Origin: Patescibacteria group bacterium
Lineage (GTDB): Bacteria > Patescibacteriota > Microgenomatia > UBA12405
Assembly (NCBI GenBank): GCA_013387215.1
Contig: WARW01000022.1
Location: 169,897 to 233,896 of the forward strand
DNA length: 64,000 nt
Direction: 5' to 3'
Shown here: in pieces, positions 10,439 to 19,391 of the stretch
Position numbering within the stretch: position 1 is the first letter of the stretch
How the letters are laid out: each line of letters starts with the position of its first letter
Position numbers and translations under genes: made by a program
Notes under the pieces: generated by a model
The model's input: only the letters and a program-made list of their open reading frames with translations
Databases searched by the model: none
What the model was told of the DNA's origin: nothing

Positions 10439-10906
10439 ATGAAAAAATTATTTTCAAGATGGTTCTTGATCCTTATATTGGTGGCTATCTTGTCCGCTTT
10501 TGCTGTTTGCTACGGAGTATCCGCATCAAATGCAAAACATACAACAGACAAATTCACGGTAGAAAATATAAATGGTGAGGTCATCTTGTCTAATTTCGAC
10601 AAAGACATTGCCTCTTATGTTGGACACCAAAGCAGTTATACTGCTACCGGGACTCACGAGTCTACCAGTCTGACAATTAATGTTGGACCTGGCGAATACG
10701 GTATAGTTGGCGGATCAAAAGTATTTTATTTTGATGACTTCTACACTGTTGTCGGACCTGGAACTTATACGTTTCAAGTCACTGACGGCTTTGCAGAAGT
10801 TGTTAATAGTAAATACGCAGCCAAACAGTGGCAATACAGATTGTGGCAAACACAAAAAAATAAATGGTCACTGAAAGGAACCTACAATACACTTTTAAAG
10901 TGGTAA
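10439..10906 (+). CDS. Small secreted protein, paralog A (signal peptide; GPG.YT..TDGF..VV C-terminal block)
   Basis: RBS AGGAGG 8 nt upstream; signal peptide with AxA-like site; paralogous to 11229..11633. Confidence 0.6.
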   Translation: MKKLFSRWFLILILVAILSAFAVCYGVSASNAKHTTDKFTVENINGEVILSNFDKDIASYVGHQSSYTATGTHESTSLTINVGPGEYGIVGGSKVFYFDDFYTVVGPGTYTFQVTDGFAEVVNSKYAAKQWQYRLWQTQKNKWSLKGTYNTLLKW

Positions 10907-10972
10907 TCCGTAAGGGCAGAATTGTTAAATCTTAATAAACTTTATGTTTATTATTTTTTATACTTTTCTGTC

Positions 10973-11028
10973 CTTTGGTCTATTGGTAAACCAATACTGA
11001 TGAGTCCGTTTTGAGGACGAAACCGAAG
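10973..11028 (+). ncRNA. Hammerhead ribozyme, type III (copy 1)
   Basis: CUUUGG-U-C^ / stem I UAUUGG-UAAA-CCAAUA / CUGAUGA / stem II GUCC-GUUUUGA-GGAC / GAAA / CCGAAG; all 11 invariant core nucleotides present, cleavage site GUC at 10978-10980. Confidence 0.85.
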
Positions 11029-11143
11029 AGGTATAGTTTTTTGGGAAATTTGTGCTAAATTACATTAGTTGTAAACTAAAATGGTTATTAAAAATAGCTT
11101 TTAATAGTCATTAGCACTTTAAAAAAGGTTGAATTGTTGTGAA

Positions 11144-11201
11144 ATGAGCTTGAGCTTGTTGTGGACAGTATTTTTACTGTTTAGAATGAGCTCAAGCTCA
11201 A
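11144..11201 (+). promoter_or_regulatory. Long hairpin leader (apical palindrome ACAGTA-TTTT-TACTGT) at the 5' end of the 11229 transcript
   Basis: 13-bp perfect stem GAGCTTGAGCTT/AAGCTCAAGCTC just downstream of TTTAAAAAA; same architecture and basal-stem sequence as 10358-10411. Confidence 0.4.
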
Positions 11202-11228
11202 ATTCTAAGAAGAAAGAAGGTGAGTTAA

Positions 11229-11633
11229 ATGAAAGGAAGGCGTTTTTTGGCTGCATTTTTGACTGTTTTAATTGTTTTTGTTTGTGTTTCAATACCTGCG
11301 TTTGCACATACTTGCAAACATGTAGACGTGAATATTGACAATTACCAATCAAACGGAGTTTATCAATCAACAGGGGTGGGTGTGACAAAAACAATAACGT
11401 TCTACGTTTGCCCAAACCAAATTGGCGTGCTTGGAGCCAATAAATATGGCGGCTACACTGATGGAGTTTACAAAACTTTTGGACCTGGATGGTACACAGA
11501 GACACTGACAGATGGTTTTGTGAATGTTGTAGACAAATCCGATGCCTGGAAAGAATGGACATACAGACTTAAAATGGCACGGGACCATAAGTGGGCAGCT
11601 AATCATCTTTTCACCAATGCGTTACCTAAGTAG
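11229..11633 (+). CDS. Small secreted protein, paralog B
   Basis: RBS GAAGGTGAG; signal peptide ..SIPAFA; C-terminal block GPGWYTETLTDGFVNVVDKSDAWKEWTYRL aligns with paralog A. Confidence 0.6.
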   Translation: MKGRRFLAAFLTVLIVFVCVSIPAFAHTCKHVDVNIDNYQSNGVYQSTGVGVTKTITFYVCPNQIGVLGANKYGGYTDGVYKTFGPGWYTETLTDGFVNVVDKSDAWKEWTYRLKMARDHKWAANHLFTNALPK

Positions 11634-11698
11634 CAATTCAACCTATGGATAGGAAATTTTATTTATAAGCAATTGCTTATTTATATTATTTCTTATCC

Positions 11699-11753
11699 TT
11701 CGGTCTATTGGTAAACCAATACTGATGAGTCCGTTTTGAGGACGAAACCGAAG
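11699..11753 (+). ncRNA. Hammerhead ribozyme, type III (copy 2)
   Basis: Same core as copy 1 with stem III CUUCGG/CCGAAG; the G-C pair here is G.U in copy 1, a compensatory-type difference; cleavage after C11706. Confidence 0.85.
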
Positions 11754-11878
11754 TGTAAGAATTGTGTTTTTTGTGATGTATGTTATATAATTTAATTAGT
11801 TAGTAGTTGTCGCCAACAACTTTTAATGAGGTTTAAACCTTTTAATTTAGTTTAGGAAAAGGAGAAATTCTTGATACT

Positions 11879-12148
11879 ATGGCAAAAAAATTATTTGTAG
11901 GCAATCTCCCATTCGCAATGAATGATGATCAGCTAAGAGAAATCTTTGCCGCTTATGGCAATGTCGTCTCTGCAAATGTCGTTATCGACAGATATGCAAA
12001 TAGGAGTAAAGGATTCGGTTTCGTTGAATTCGAAAACGAAGAAGATGCTTCTAAAGCATTAGCTTCATTAAATGGAACTGAACAAATGGGCAGAAATATT
12101 GCTGTTAAAGAAGCTTTAGCAAAGCCCGAAAGACAAGATAATCAATAA
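11879..12148 (+). CDS. RRM-type RNA-binding protein
   Basis: RNP-2 LFVGNL and RNP-1 KGFGFVEF motifs; 89 aa single RRM. Confidence 0.8.
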   Translation: MAKKLFVGNLPFAMNDDQLREIFAAYGNVVSANVVIDRYANRSKGFGFVEFENEEDASKALASLNGTEQMGRNIAVKEALAKPERQDNQ

Positions 12149-12167
12149 ATTTTCGTGTCTTTTTACA

Positions 12168-12194
12168 CCCTCCGATACTTTCGGAGGGTTTTTG
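12168..12194 (+). terminator. Intrinsic terminator after RRM gene
   Basis: CCCTCCGA-TACT-TTCGGAGGG followed by TTTTT. Confidence 0.7.
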
Positions 12195-12216
12195 GTTTAA
12201 AATACACTATAAAGAT

Positions 12217-13554
12217 ATGATGAAATTAATCATTCCAGAAAAAATTAAGAAAATAATCGACGTGTTTCATAAAGCAAACGCTGAGATTTATGTTGTTGGC
12301 GGAGCTGTCCGAGATTTGATGCTGAACCGAGAAGTAAAAGATTGGGATTTTACAACCAATTTAACTCCAGAAGAAATGAAAAAATTATTTCCAAAAAATA
12401 GTTTTTGCAATAATATTTTTGGAACTTTTAGTATAGTTGATAAAAGTGGAGAAATTTTTGAAGTAACAACATTTAGAACTGAACAGGGATATTCTGATAA
12501 AAGGCACCCTGATGAAGTTAAATGGGGAAAAAGTTTGGAAGAAGATTTGCAAAGACGCGATTTTACAATCAACGCCATGGCTTTGGATGTACAAAACGAG
12601 GAAATAAAGATCATCGATTTGTATAACGGCCAAGAAGATTTAAATAATAAATTAATCCGAACTGTTGGTAATCCAGATGAAAGATTCAGCGAAGATGCTT
12701 TAAGAATGATGAGAGCAATTAGGATTGCTTCACAAATTGGATTTTTGATTGAAGAAAAAACTTTTGAATCAATTCAAAAAAATGCTGGCTTAATTAATCA
12801 AATTGCCAACGAAAGAATTAGGGATGAATTATTCAAAATTCTGATGTCTTCAGTCCCCTCTCAAGGAATAATTCTTTTAAAAAATTCAGGACTTTTGAAG
12901 GAAATAATGCCTGAGTTATTGGAAGGCTATGAAATGAAACAAAAAGGCCATCATATTGATGATGTCTGGACTCATAATTTGAAAGCACTTGATAATTGTT
13001 TAAGCAATAATCCAATTACACGATTAGCTTGTCTTTTGCATGATGTTGGCAAGCCATCAACGGCTGTTGGTGAAGGTGAAGCCCGAACATTCCACAACCA
13101 TGAAATTGTCGGATCAAGAATTGCTGTTCAAATCGGAAAAAGATTAAGGTTGTCTAATAAAGAACTTGATCAATTATTCAAACTGGTGAGATGGCATATG
13201 TTTACTACTGAGGAAACGCAGACTGATAAAGCAGTCAGAAGATTTATTAGAAACGTAACTCCTGAATATATTGATGAAATGATTATTTTAAGAAGAGCTG
13301 ACAGAATGGGCAGCGGTGCCAAAGAAACCAGCTGGAGATGGGAGCTTTTTAAAGAAAGAATTGTTGAAGTGCAAAAACAACCTTTTTCAATTAAGGATCT
13401 GAAAGTAAACGGAAAAGACGTAATGGAAATTTTAAAAATTGAACCGAGCCGAAAAGTGGGCGAAGTTTTGGAATCTATTTTTAAAGAGGTTGAAGAAAAA
13501 CCAGAATTAAATGAAAGAGAAATATTATTAAAAAAAATTGAGGAGTACAAATAA
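12217..13554 (+). CDS. cca: CCA-adding tRNA nucleotidyltransferase with HD domain
   Basis: GGAVRD polymerase-beta motif, DWDF, RRDFTINA; C-terminal HD motif HHIDDVWTH...LHDVGK. Confidence 0.85.
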   Translation: MMKLIIPEKIKKIIDVFHKANAEIYVVGGAVRDLMLNREVKDWDFTTNLTPEEMKKLFPKNSFCNNIFGTFSIVDKSGEIFEVTTFRTEQGYSDKRHPDEVKWGKSLEEDLQRRDFTINAMALDVQNEEIKIIDLYNGQEDLNNKLIRTVGNPDERFSEDALRMMRAIRIASQIGFLIEEKTFESIQKNAGLINQIANERIRDELFKILMSSVPSQGIILLKNSGLLKEIMPELLEGYEMKQKGHHIDDVWTHNLKALDNCLSNNPITRLACLLHDVGKPSTAVGEGEARTFHNHEIVGSRIAVQIGKRLRLSNKELDQLFKLVRWHMFTTEETQTDKAVRRFIRNVTPEYIDEMIILRRADRMGSGAKETSWRWELFKERIVEVQKQPFSIKDLKVNGKDVMEILKIEPSRKVGEVLESIFKEVEEKPELNEREILLKKIEEYK

Positions 13555-13556
13555 AA

Positions 13557-13718
13557 ATGGCAATTGAAAAAATCAGTCCAGTTTTTCCTATTTATCAGTC
13601 TCAAAACAGAAAGGAACCTCAAACTTCCGATCAGCAACCTAATAAAAAACAAAAAGAGAAAGGTGATTTTAAGGACGAAATAGAAAAGGCACTAAGTAAG
13701 TTTGATGTAAAAATCTAG
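13557..13718 (+). CDS. Possible small ORF (53 aa, Lys/Gln-rich)
   Basis: ATG 2 nt after cca stop, weak RBS; below ORF-track length cutoff. Confidence 0.2.
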   Translation: MAIEKISPVFPIYQSQNRKEPQTSDQQPNKKQKEKGDFKDEIEKALSKFDVKI

Positions 13719-13846
13719 TTGCTTGTAAACTATTTTTTTGGTATATTTCCGTAAAATCAATTATATTGCCAGCAATATATTTTTTGGTTCTTTAAAATCT
13801 AGAGAAAGGAGTTTTTATACAAATGAATTTCTGATTTGTATATAAA

Positions 13847-14473
13847 TTGAAAGGAGTCGGTGTTATGGGTAAGTTTTTTAGGCCAATCCAAGGAACTAGA
13901 GTGTACGACAGGAAGTATTTTGAGATTCTGATCGGATTGTTTACCGCGGTTTCACTGTTTATTTGTTTTGCAATGAGCCAATGGTTCAAAAATGATGACA
14001 AGACTGTATGTATTGCAGTTGCCGCAATTTATTTGATTTGCGGAGTTATGGTGTTTGCAAATGCTAAAAAAACTGAATATACGATTATTGGTATGGCATT
14101 AATAATTGCCAGTGCCGGACTTGTGATAAATGTGTTTATTAAGAAGCCGTTTGAGTTTATTGATAAAGCGATAGCTGCGATCGTTGTTTTTAGTGTTGTG
14201 AGCTATTTGTTAACATGCGTATTTAAAATAAAGATACTGTTTTATTGGATTATATATTCGTTATGTTGGGCAACAATTTTGGTTCTATGGTTTAATTTCG
14301 CATTGTATTGGATTCTGATTTTAGCAGTAATTTGTTTTGCGGATATTGTAATATGGTCAAGATCAAGCAAATCATATCCAATAATAAAAAACGTTTTAAA
14401 TAGCGGCCTCTCGTTGTTCACAGTTTCACTGATTGCGTATTTTATCCTCAATTTGGGACTCTCAATCCTCTAG
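13847..14473 (+). CDS. Hypothetical polytopic membrane protein
   Basis: RBS AAAGGAG; 6 predicted TM helices; no recognisable family. Confidence 0.5.
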   Translation: MKGVGVMGKFFRPIQGTRVYDRKYFEILIGLFTAVSLFICFAMSQWFKNDDKTVCIAVAAIYLICGVMVFANAKKTEYTIIGMALIIASAGLVINVFIKKPFEFIDKAIAAIVVFSVVSYLLTCVFKIKILFYWIIYSLCWATILVLWFNFALYWILILAVICFADIVIWSRSSKSYPIIKNVLNSGLSLFTVSLIAYFILNLGLSIL

Positions 14474-14487
14474 AATAATTTGTTTTT

Positions 14488-14541
14488 GACCCTTGAATTT
14501 ATAGCCAGTTTTTTGGTTATTTTTGACAAGGGTCTTTTTTT
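14488..14541 (+). terminator. Hairpin terminator (8-bp stem GACCCTTG/CAAGGGTC, large loop, T8)
   Basis: Follows the 13847 gene stop; lies between convergent genes. Confidence 0.5.
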
Positions 14542-15416
14542 TATTTCTTTTTAGGACGATTTTGAAGCTTTTTCCAAATCAATACCAAAGGAATAGCAAC
14601 ACCGGTTGAGGAATAAGTTCCGCAGGTATAACCGATCAATAAGGCCATAGCAAACCAGCGAGTGGTGTTACCACCAAGAATTACTAAGGCTAAAAGCATG
14701 ATAATAACAGTCATAGAAGTGTTTATGGTTCTATTTAAAACTTCGGTAACAGCTTGATTGGCCAGATCTACCCATTGGAATTTAAAGTTCTGACGTTTTA
14801 ATTCACGAATACGATCAAAAGTAATGACAGTATCGTGAACGGAAGCTGAGAGAGTGGTTAAAAGTGCGGTCACAAATAATGAGTCAAGTTCAGCTCCAAA
14901 AAAATGACCTAGAATTGAAAAGCTTCCAATTAATATGATCGCATCATGGAACATGGCTAGAACTGCTGAGGTGCCAAAGGTGAAATCGTGGAAACGAAGT
15001 CCAATAAAAACTAAAAGCGAAATAGCTGATAATATTACGGCAGCAATGGTTTTAGTTAACAATTCTTTTCCAAGACTTGGACCAAGAGTTTCGAATTTCA
15101 TTTCTTTTGCATCTTTATCCAAAGTTTTGAGTGACTGATCAAGTTTATTTTTTTGTTCTTGATTAATATTGGCAAACTTTAAAGAATATTGATTATTACC
15201 AAGCGGAGCAGTTGAAATAAGATCAATTTTATTTTCTTCAAATATTTTTTTGAATTGATCCTGATTTTTTACTCCTGGAGCATTAACCTGCCAAACAGTA
15301 CCGCCGGCAAAATCAATTGATGGTTTGAAACCCCAAAATACAATCGAGAAAATAGAAAAAAGAATTAAAGTAATAGAAATAAAATAAAACAATGGACGAA
15401 ATTTCATTATGTTCAT
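14541..15416 (-). CDS. secF: Protein translocase subunit SecF
   Basis: SecD/SecF family; FAGGTVWQV motif; 6 TM; adjacent to secD. Confidence 0.85.
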   Translation of the reverse strand: MNIMKFRPLFYFISITLILFSIFSIVFWGFKPSIDFAGGTVWQVNAPGVKNQDQFKKIFEENKIDLISTAPLGNNQYSLKFANINQEQKNKLDQSLKTLDKDAKEMKFETLGPSLGKELLTKTIAAVILSAISLLVFIGLRFHDFTFGTSAVLAMFHDAIILIGSFSILGHFFGAELDSLFVTALLTTLSASVHDTVITFDRIRELKRQNFKFQWVDLANQAVTEVLNRTINTSMTVIIMLLALVILGGNTTRWFAMALLIGYTCGTYSSTGVAIPLVLIWKKLQNRPKKK

Positions 15417-15418
15417 AG

Positions 15419-16816
15419 TTATGCCTTTTTTACATCAAAATTAATATCTTTATTTGTTTTTGCTAAAACGCGGAGCAAGTTTCTGGTGACAAAGACACCA
15501 GTGAAAATACCGAGAAGAATTCCGAGAACTAGAGTTATTGCAAATCCTCGAACCATACCAGAAGTGTTTAAAAACGACCAGTTAAATGGATTAAATAAAA
15601 TTAGACCAGTGATAATAGTACAGGCATTAGCATCTTTGATGGAACTCCAAGCGTGAGTGAAACCAAGCTCCATAGCGATATTCCAAGGTTTCCCTTTTCT
15701 TAATTCTTCCCGCATCCGTTCAAAAATTAAGATATTACTATCGACGGCCATACCGACTGATAAAATAAATCCTACGATACCTGGGAAAGTTAAAGTAACA
15801 GGAATTAAGCGATATAAACTTAAGGTAATTAAACCGTATATTAAAAGTCCGATGTCAGCAATTAAGCCTAATTTTCCGTAATTTCCAACCATAAAGAGTG
15901 AAATAAGAATTAGACCGACAACACCAGCGAAAATACCTTTATTAATTGAATCTTTTCCAAGAGTGGCGCCAATCTGAGTTTGTTGGATCAACTTAATTGG
16001 AAGCGGAAGAGCACCTGCATTTAATTGTGCCGATAAAGCTTTAGCAGTTTTAGCATCGAAACTTCCATTAATGACCGCACGGCCATCTGTGATAACCACA
16101 CCGACTGTTGGATAGGTAATTATTTGGTCATCCAAAAAAATACCGATTCTTTTGTTTAAGAAATCTTTTGTTGCTTTCTCGAATAATTTTGTACCTTTTT
16201 CATCAAATTCCAAGGCAACTTCCGGTTCACCATTATTAGGATTAATTTCAACTTGAGATTTGACTAAGTTCGAACCATTGATTCCCGTATCAAATGGAAA
16301 TGCTTCTTTAAAAGTTGCGGATGCAGTGGAACTGGTTACTTTTTGATCTTCACCACGAAAACTTAGCTGAGCGGTTTGACCCAGTAAAGAAATAGCATCG
16401 GAAACATTTTCTACGCCTGGCAATTCAACAATCATTCGGTTTTGTCCGCCTTGGTTTGAGAGTTGAATATTGGCTTCACTAACACCAAAAAGATTAACTC
16501 TTCTTTCGATGTTACCTTTCAAAGCATCCAAAGCTGAAGGAAGATCTTCTTTTTTAACTTTTGTCGTATCGATGTCATATGAAAGTTCAGCACCACCAGC
16601 CAAATCTAATCCGTACTTTAGATTCAAATCTTTCGTAATAGTGTTAGAACCAATTTTATAGTTGAACTGAGGACGATATAAAGTGTGTTCCCAATTTATT
16701 TTGCCGAAATGAATTTTAATTGGCAAAGTTGTTGGCATGTTTATAACTAAACAGACTAGAGTAATGCCCATGATAGTCCAAAAGATTTTCATGGTTCGGC
16801 TTTTGATTTGAGACAT
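15419..16816 (-). CDS. secD: Protein translocase subunit SecD
   Basis: LDLAGGAEL periplasmic domain, C-terminal RND-like 6 TM bundle. Confidence 0.85.
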   Translation of the reverse strand: MSQIKSRTMKIFWTIMGITLVCLVINMPTTLPIKIHFGKINWEHTLYRPQFNYKIGSNTITKDLNLKYGLDLAGGAELSYDIDTTKVKKEDLPSALDALKGNIERRVNLFGVSEANIQLSNQGGQNRMIVELPGVENVSDAISLLGQTAQLSFRGEDQKVTSSTASATFKEAFPFDTGINGSNLVKSQVEINPNNGEPEVALEFDEKGTKLFEKATKDFLNKRIGIFLDDQIITYPTVGVVITDGRAVINGSFDAKTAKALSAQLNAGALPLPIKLIQQTQIGATLGKDSINKGIFAGVVGLILISLFMVGNYGKLGLIADIGLLIYGLITLSLYRLIPVTLTFPGIVGFILSVGMAVDSNILIFERMREELRKGKPWNIAMELGFTHAWSSIKDANACTIITGLILFNPFNWSFLNTSGMVRGFAITLVLGILLGIFTGVFVTRNLLRVLAKTNKDINFDVKKA

Positions 16817-16820
16817 AATT

Positions 16821-17009
16821 TTATTTTTGACTAATTAAAGACAACTGGCGAGGGTGACCAGAAAATATATAAGTAACTGTTGCTTTCGTTTTATTTATTT
16901 TTAATTGAACCAAATCCCCTTCTTTAATATTAAAGTCTTTTATAGATTTTGAAGGTATTGTTAGGGCTAGGCTGTTTCCTGTTTTGATTACTTTTCTTGG
17001 AGCACTCAT
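16821..17009 (-). CDS. AbrB/MazE/SpoVT-family small DNA-binding protein
   Basis: VIKTGNSLALTIPSK...EGDLVQL swapped-hairpin motif. Confidence 0.5.
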   Translation of the reverse strand: MSAPRKVIKTGNSLALTIPSKSIKDFNIKEGDLVQLKINKTKATVTYIFSGHPRQLSLISQK

Positions 17010-17603
17010 TTATAGATTGGAAATATCTTCCGGATTACCAATTATAACAACTGGACTATTTAGAAAAAATTCAACGATAAATTGATCGCGTTTTTGTTTG
17101 CGTAACTGAAATTCATTTTTGTCCATAATCATGTAGTTGATTTCATGACCGCGAGTTTCTTCTTCTTGCTTAATATTATTTTCGATTTCTTTATAGGAAA
17201 CATCGCCAACAATTATCAAATCAATATCATCTTCAGTCTTTTTTTCGTTAGTTATAAATTTGTAGCTATAGATCAAAAGTTTAATTTGACCTAGACTTTC
17301 ATTTTTATTGTGCAATTTAAAACCTAATCCAGTTGACTTGTTAGCAATCGATACTAATTCAGGAAATAAACATGAACGTTTGTTTGCCCAATAATAAAGA
17401 CGATTGCCGCGCCACTCGGATTCGATAATGTCAGCTTTTTTAAGATTATCCAGCTCACGTCGGACTGAGTTAATTTCTTCGTCTAGTAATCTGACTAACT
17501 GACGAACATAATAAATTTCTTTTGGGAAATAAAAGAGAGTATTTATTAGCTTTAGTCTGGTTTGAGAGATAAAAAGATGTTTAAGACTGGACTGCACCTT
17601 CAT
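17010..17603 (-). CDS. Hypothetical protein with N-terminal winged-helix-like region
   Basis: Abuts the AbrB-like gene (1-nt gap); overlaps DUF3048 gene 3' end; no confident family. Confidence 0.35.
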   Translation of the reverse strand: MKVQSSLKHLFISQTRLKLINTLFYFPKEIYYVRQLVRLLDEEINSVRRELDNLKKADIIESEWRGNRLYYWANKRSCLFPELVSIANKSTGLGFKLHNKNESLGQIKLLIYSYKFITNEKKTEDDIDLIIVGDVSYKEIENNIKQEEETRGHEINYMIMDKNEFQLRKQKRDQFIVEFFLNSPVVIIGNPEDISNL

Positions 17604-18840
17604 AGCTTACTTTTGAACCTATAGGTATAATTTCAACCCAGATTTGTCCAGGTACAAAATTAATTTCTTTGCCAGCACTGTCTTTGTAGATAGTTCGAGA
17701 AAGACGATTTGCCTTAGACCAGGTAATTTCTGTTTTCTCTCCATTTTGGAAAAGAATTCCTGTACCAGTTCCAGTTACACCATAAAGATTGTGTAAATGT
17801 TCATCAACTGATCGAGTTTCTTTGGCATATTCAACAACAATATTTTTAGTGGTAATTTGGGCACCGGTATTGAAATCGATGTGTGGTTTGCCAGCGTTGG
17901 TTCGAGCATAAGTGTTGGTAGTTTTATCGTATTTCCAAGAAACTGAGTAATAGGTGTCACCCGGCCAAAAATCCATAGAGATAGTTGCGGCGGTTGTATT
18001 TGCACTGGCTTGATCAGCTTGCTTAAAGCTCCATGGCCGGAAGCTTTTATCCCAAGATGAGTTTGTTTTAGCAGTGACATTTGTTAAACCTCTTTGAGCA
18101 GCGACATTGTAAAGTTCATTTGTTGAACAATACATTGTGTGTTCTGTGGCTTTTTCAGTGCCAGTTCGATCTGGTTCACGTCGACAAGCTTTATAGCCTA
18201 AAGAAAATTGATTCATATCGCCCCAAGTGCCATCAGTATTCCAACCGTAAGAGGCAATTTGCTCTAGAGCTTGAGCTCTCTTATCGGTGGTACAAGGGCC
18301 AGTATAATGAGTTGAAGCATTTTCAGCACCACTACAATTAGCACCTCCAACGTGGTTATAGAGAGGATAATCGGCATATTCTGAGGCTAGATCAACATAA
18401 TAAGTTCTGGCAGATCGGACAGGACCAACATCATATTGATTTGGAGTTCCTTTAACGATATTACAATAAAAAACACCCATAAATCGGGTAATTCCACCTT
18501 CGGCAACTGCTTCGTAAACAACATCTGCACTTTGAAGACCTGATTGGGGACGAGAATCGCTGTGATTTTCGATCATAACAAGCAATGGACGTCTTTGAGA
18601 CCAAATATTTTTTTCTTCTTTAGTGAACATCTGACCATTCATTGGACACATTTCAGTTTTAGGGCCCGTAAAGTTAATGACACCAGGAGTAGTTTTAGTA
18701 GAAGCTGTAGTATTAGTTGTTTCTGAAGAAATTGATTTTGATTTCACTGGTAAAAATTTATCAAAGGCAAAATAAGAAACACCTGTTAATAATAAGAACA
18801 AGCCTAGATAGACAGGTATTTTAATTGTGTTGTTATTCAT
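17581..18840 (-). CDS. DUF3048 (YerB-like) secreted protein
   Basis: Signal/TM anchor; RPLLVMIENH...RPQSGL..ADVVYEAVAEGGITRFMGVF matches DUF3048 N-terminal signature. Confidence 0.7.
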   Translation of the reverse strand: MNNNTIKIPVYLGLFLLLTGVSYFAFDKFLPVKSKSISSETTNTTASTKTTPGVINFTGPKTEMCPMNGQMFTKEEKNIWSQRRPLLVMIENHSDSRPQSGLQSADVVYEAVAEGGITRFMGVFYCNIVKGTPNQYDVGPVRSARTYYVDLASEYADYPLYNHVGGANCSGAENASTHYTGPCTTDKRAQALEQIASYGWNTDGTWGDMNQFSLGYKACRREPDRTGTEKATEHTMYCSTNELYNVAAQRGLTNVTAKTNSSWDKSFRPWSFKQADQASANTTAATISMDFWPGDTYYSVSWKYDKTTNTYARTNAGKPHIDFNTGAQITTKNIVVEYAKETRSVDEHLHNLYGVTGTGTGILFQNGEKTEITWSKANRLSRTIYKDSAGKEINFVPGQIWVEIIPIGSKVSYEGAVQS

Positions 18841-18847
18841 TTAAATT

Positions 18848-19198
18848 TTAACTTTTAATAGTTTTTACTATAGCCAATTTTTCTTCCTTTGATAAGGTGA
18901 TGTTATCTCCTTCTCCGTTTTTTAGAGGTTTGGCATAGACGCGGGTAAAATCGCGACTATGTAATGAAGTAATGATAACACCAGAATTATTACTGTCCAA
19001 TATACAGAGAATAAAGCTCTGATCGCCCCCAACATCTTCAAATGGATTGAACCGTGTTACAGTTATGCGTAGATTGTTATCTTTTGTTGCTAAAGTTGCT
19101 GGTTTATTTTTATGACTATTTCTCTTATAAACTAAGTAGGTTAGATAGCTAAGCCAAATTAGATTACAAATTGTTAGCAAATATATTAAGTAAGACAT
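18848..19198 (-). CDS. Hypothetical membrane-anchored protein
   Basis: N-terminal TM, 116 aa. Confidence 0.4.
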   Translation of the reverse strand: MSYLIYLLTICNLIWLSYLTYLVYKRNSHKNKPATLATKDNNLRITVTRFNPFEDVGGDQSFILCILDSNNSGVIITSLHSRDFTRVYAKPLKNGEGDNITLSKEEKLAIVKTIKS

Positions 19199-19276
19199 TA
19201 CTTAATTATTGTAACAAACCAGCGTGCTATACTGGCCTTGTAAAATGAAAGAGATAAATTACATAAAAAAAGATTT

Positions 19277-19298
19277 ACTTAAAAGTATACTTTTAAGT
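19277..19298. promoter_or_regulatory. 22-bp perfect palindrome ACTTAAAAGTA|TACTTTTAAGT
   Basis: Candidate operator about 95 nt upstream of the small ORF at 19392. Confidence 0.3.
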
Positions 19299-19391
19299 AT
19301 GTTTTCTATTATAGTGATAGTTGCGGTATATTATTTTCAGACCAAATTTAACCATTAATTTTTATTAATTATTTAAGGGGGTGAATTTTTA

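Noticed and set aside
10439-11633. Assigning the small secreted paralogs to the lactococcin-972 bacteriocin family
   Set aside because: Only size and signal-peptide resemblance; no motif-level match that I can verify from sequence alone.
12288-13652. Several minus-strand ORFs (60-160 aa) inside cca
   Set aside because: They are antisense to a well-supported conserved gene with low-complexity translations.
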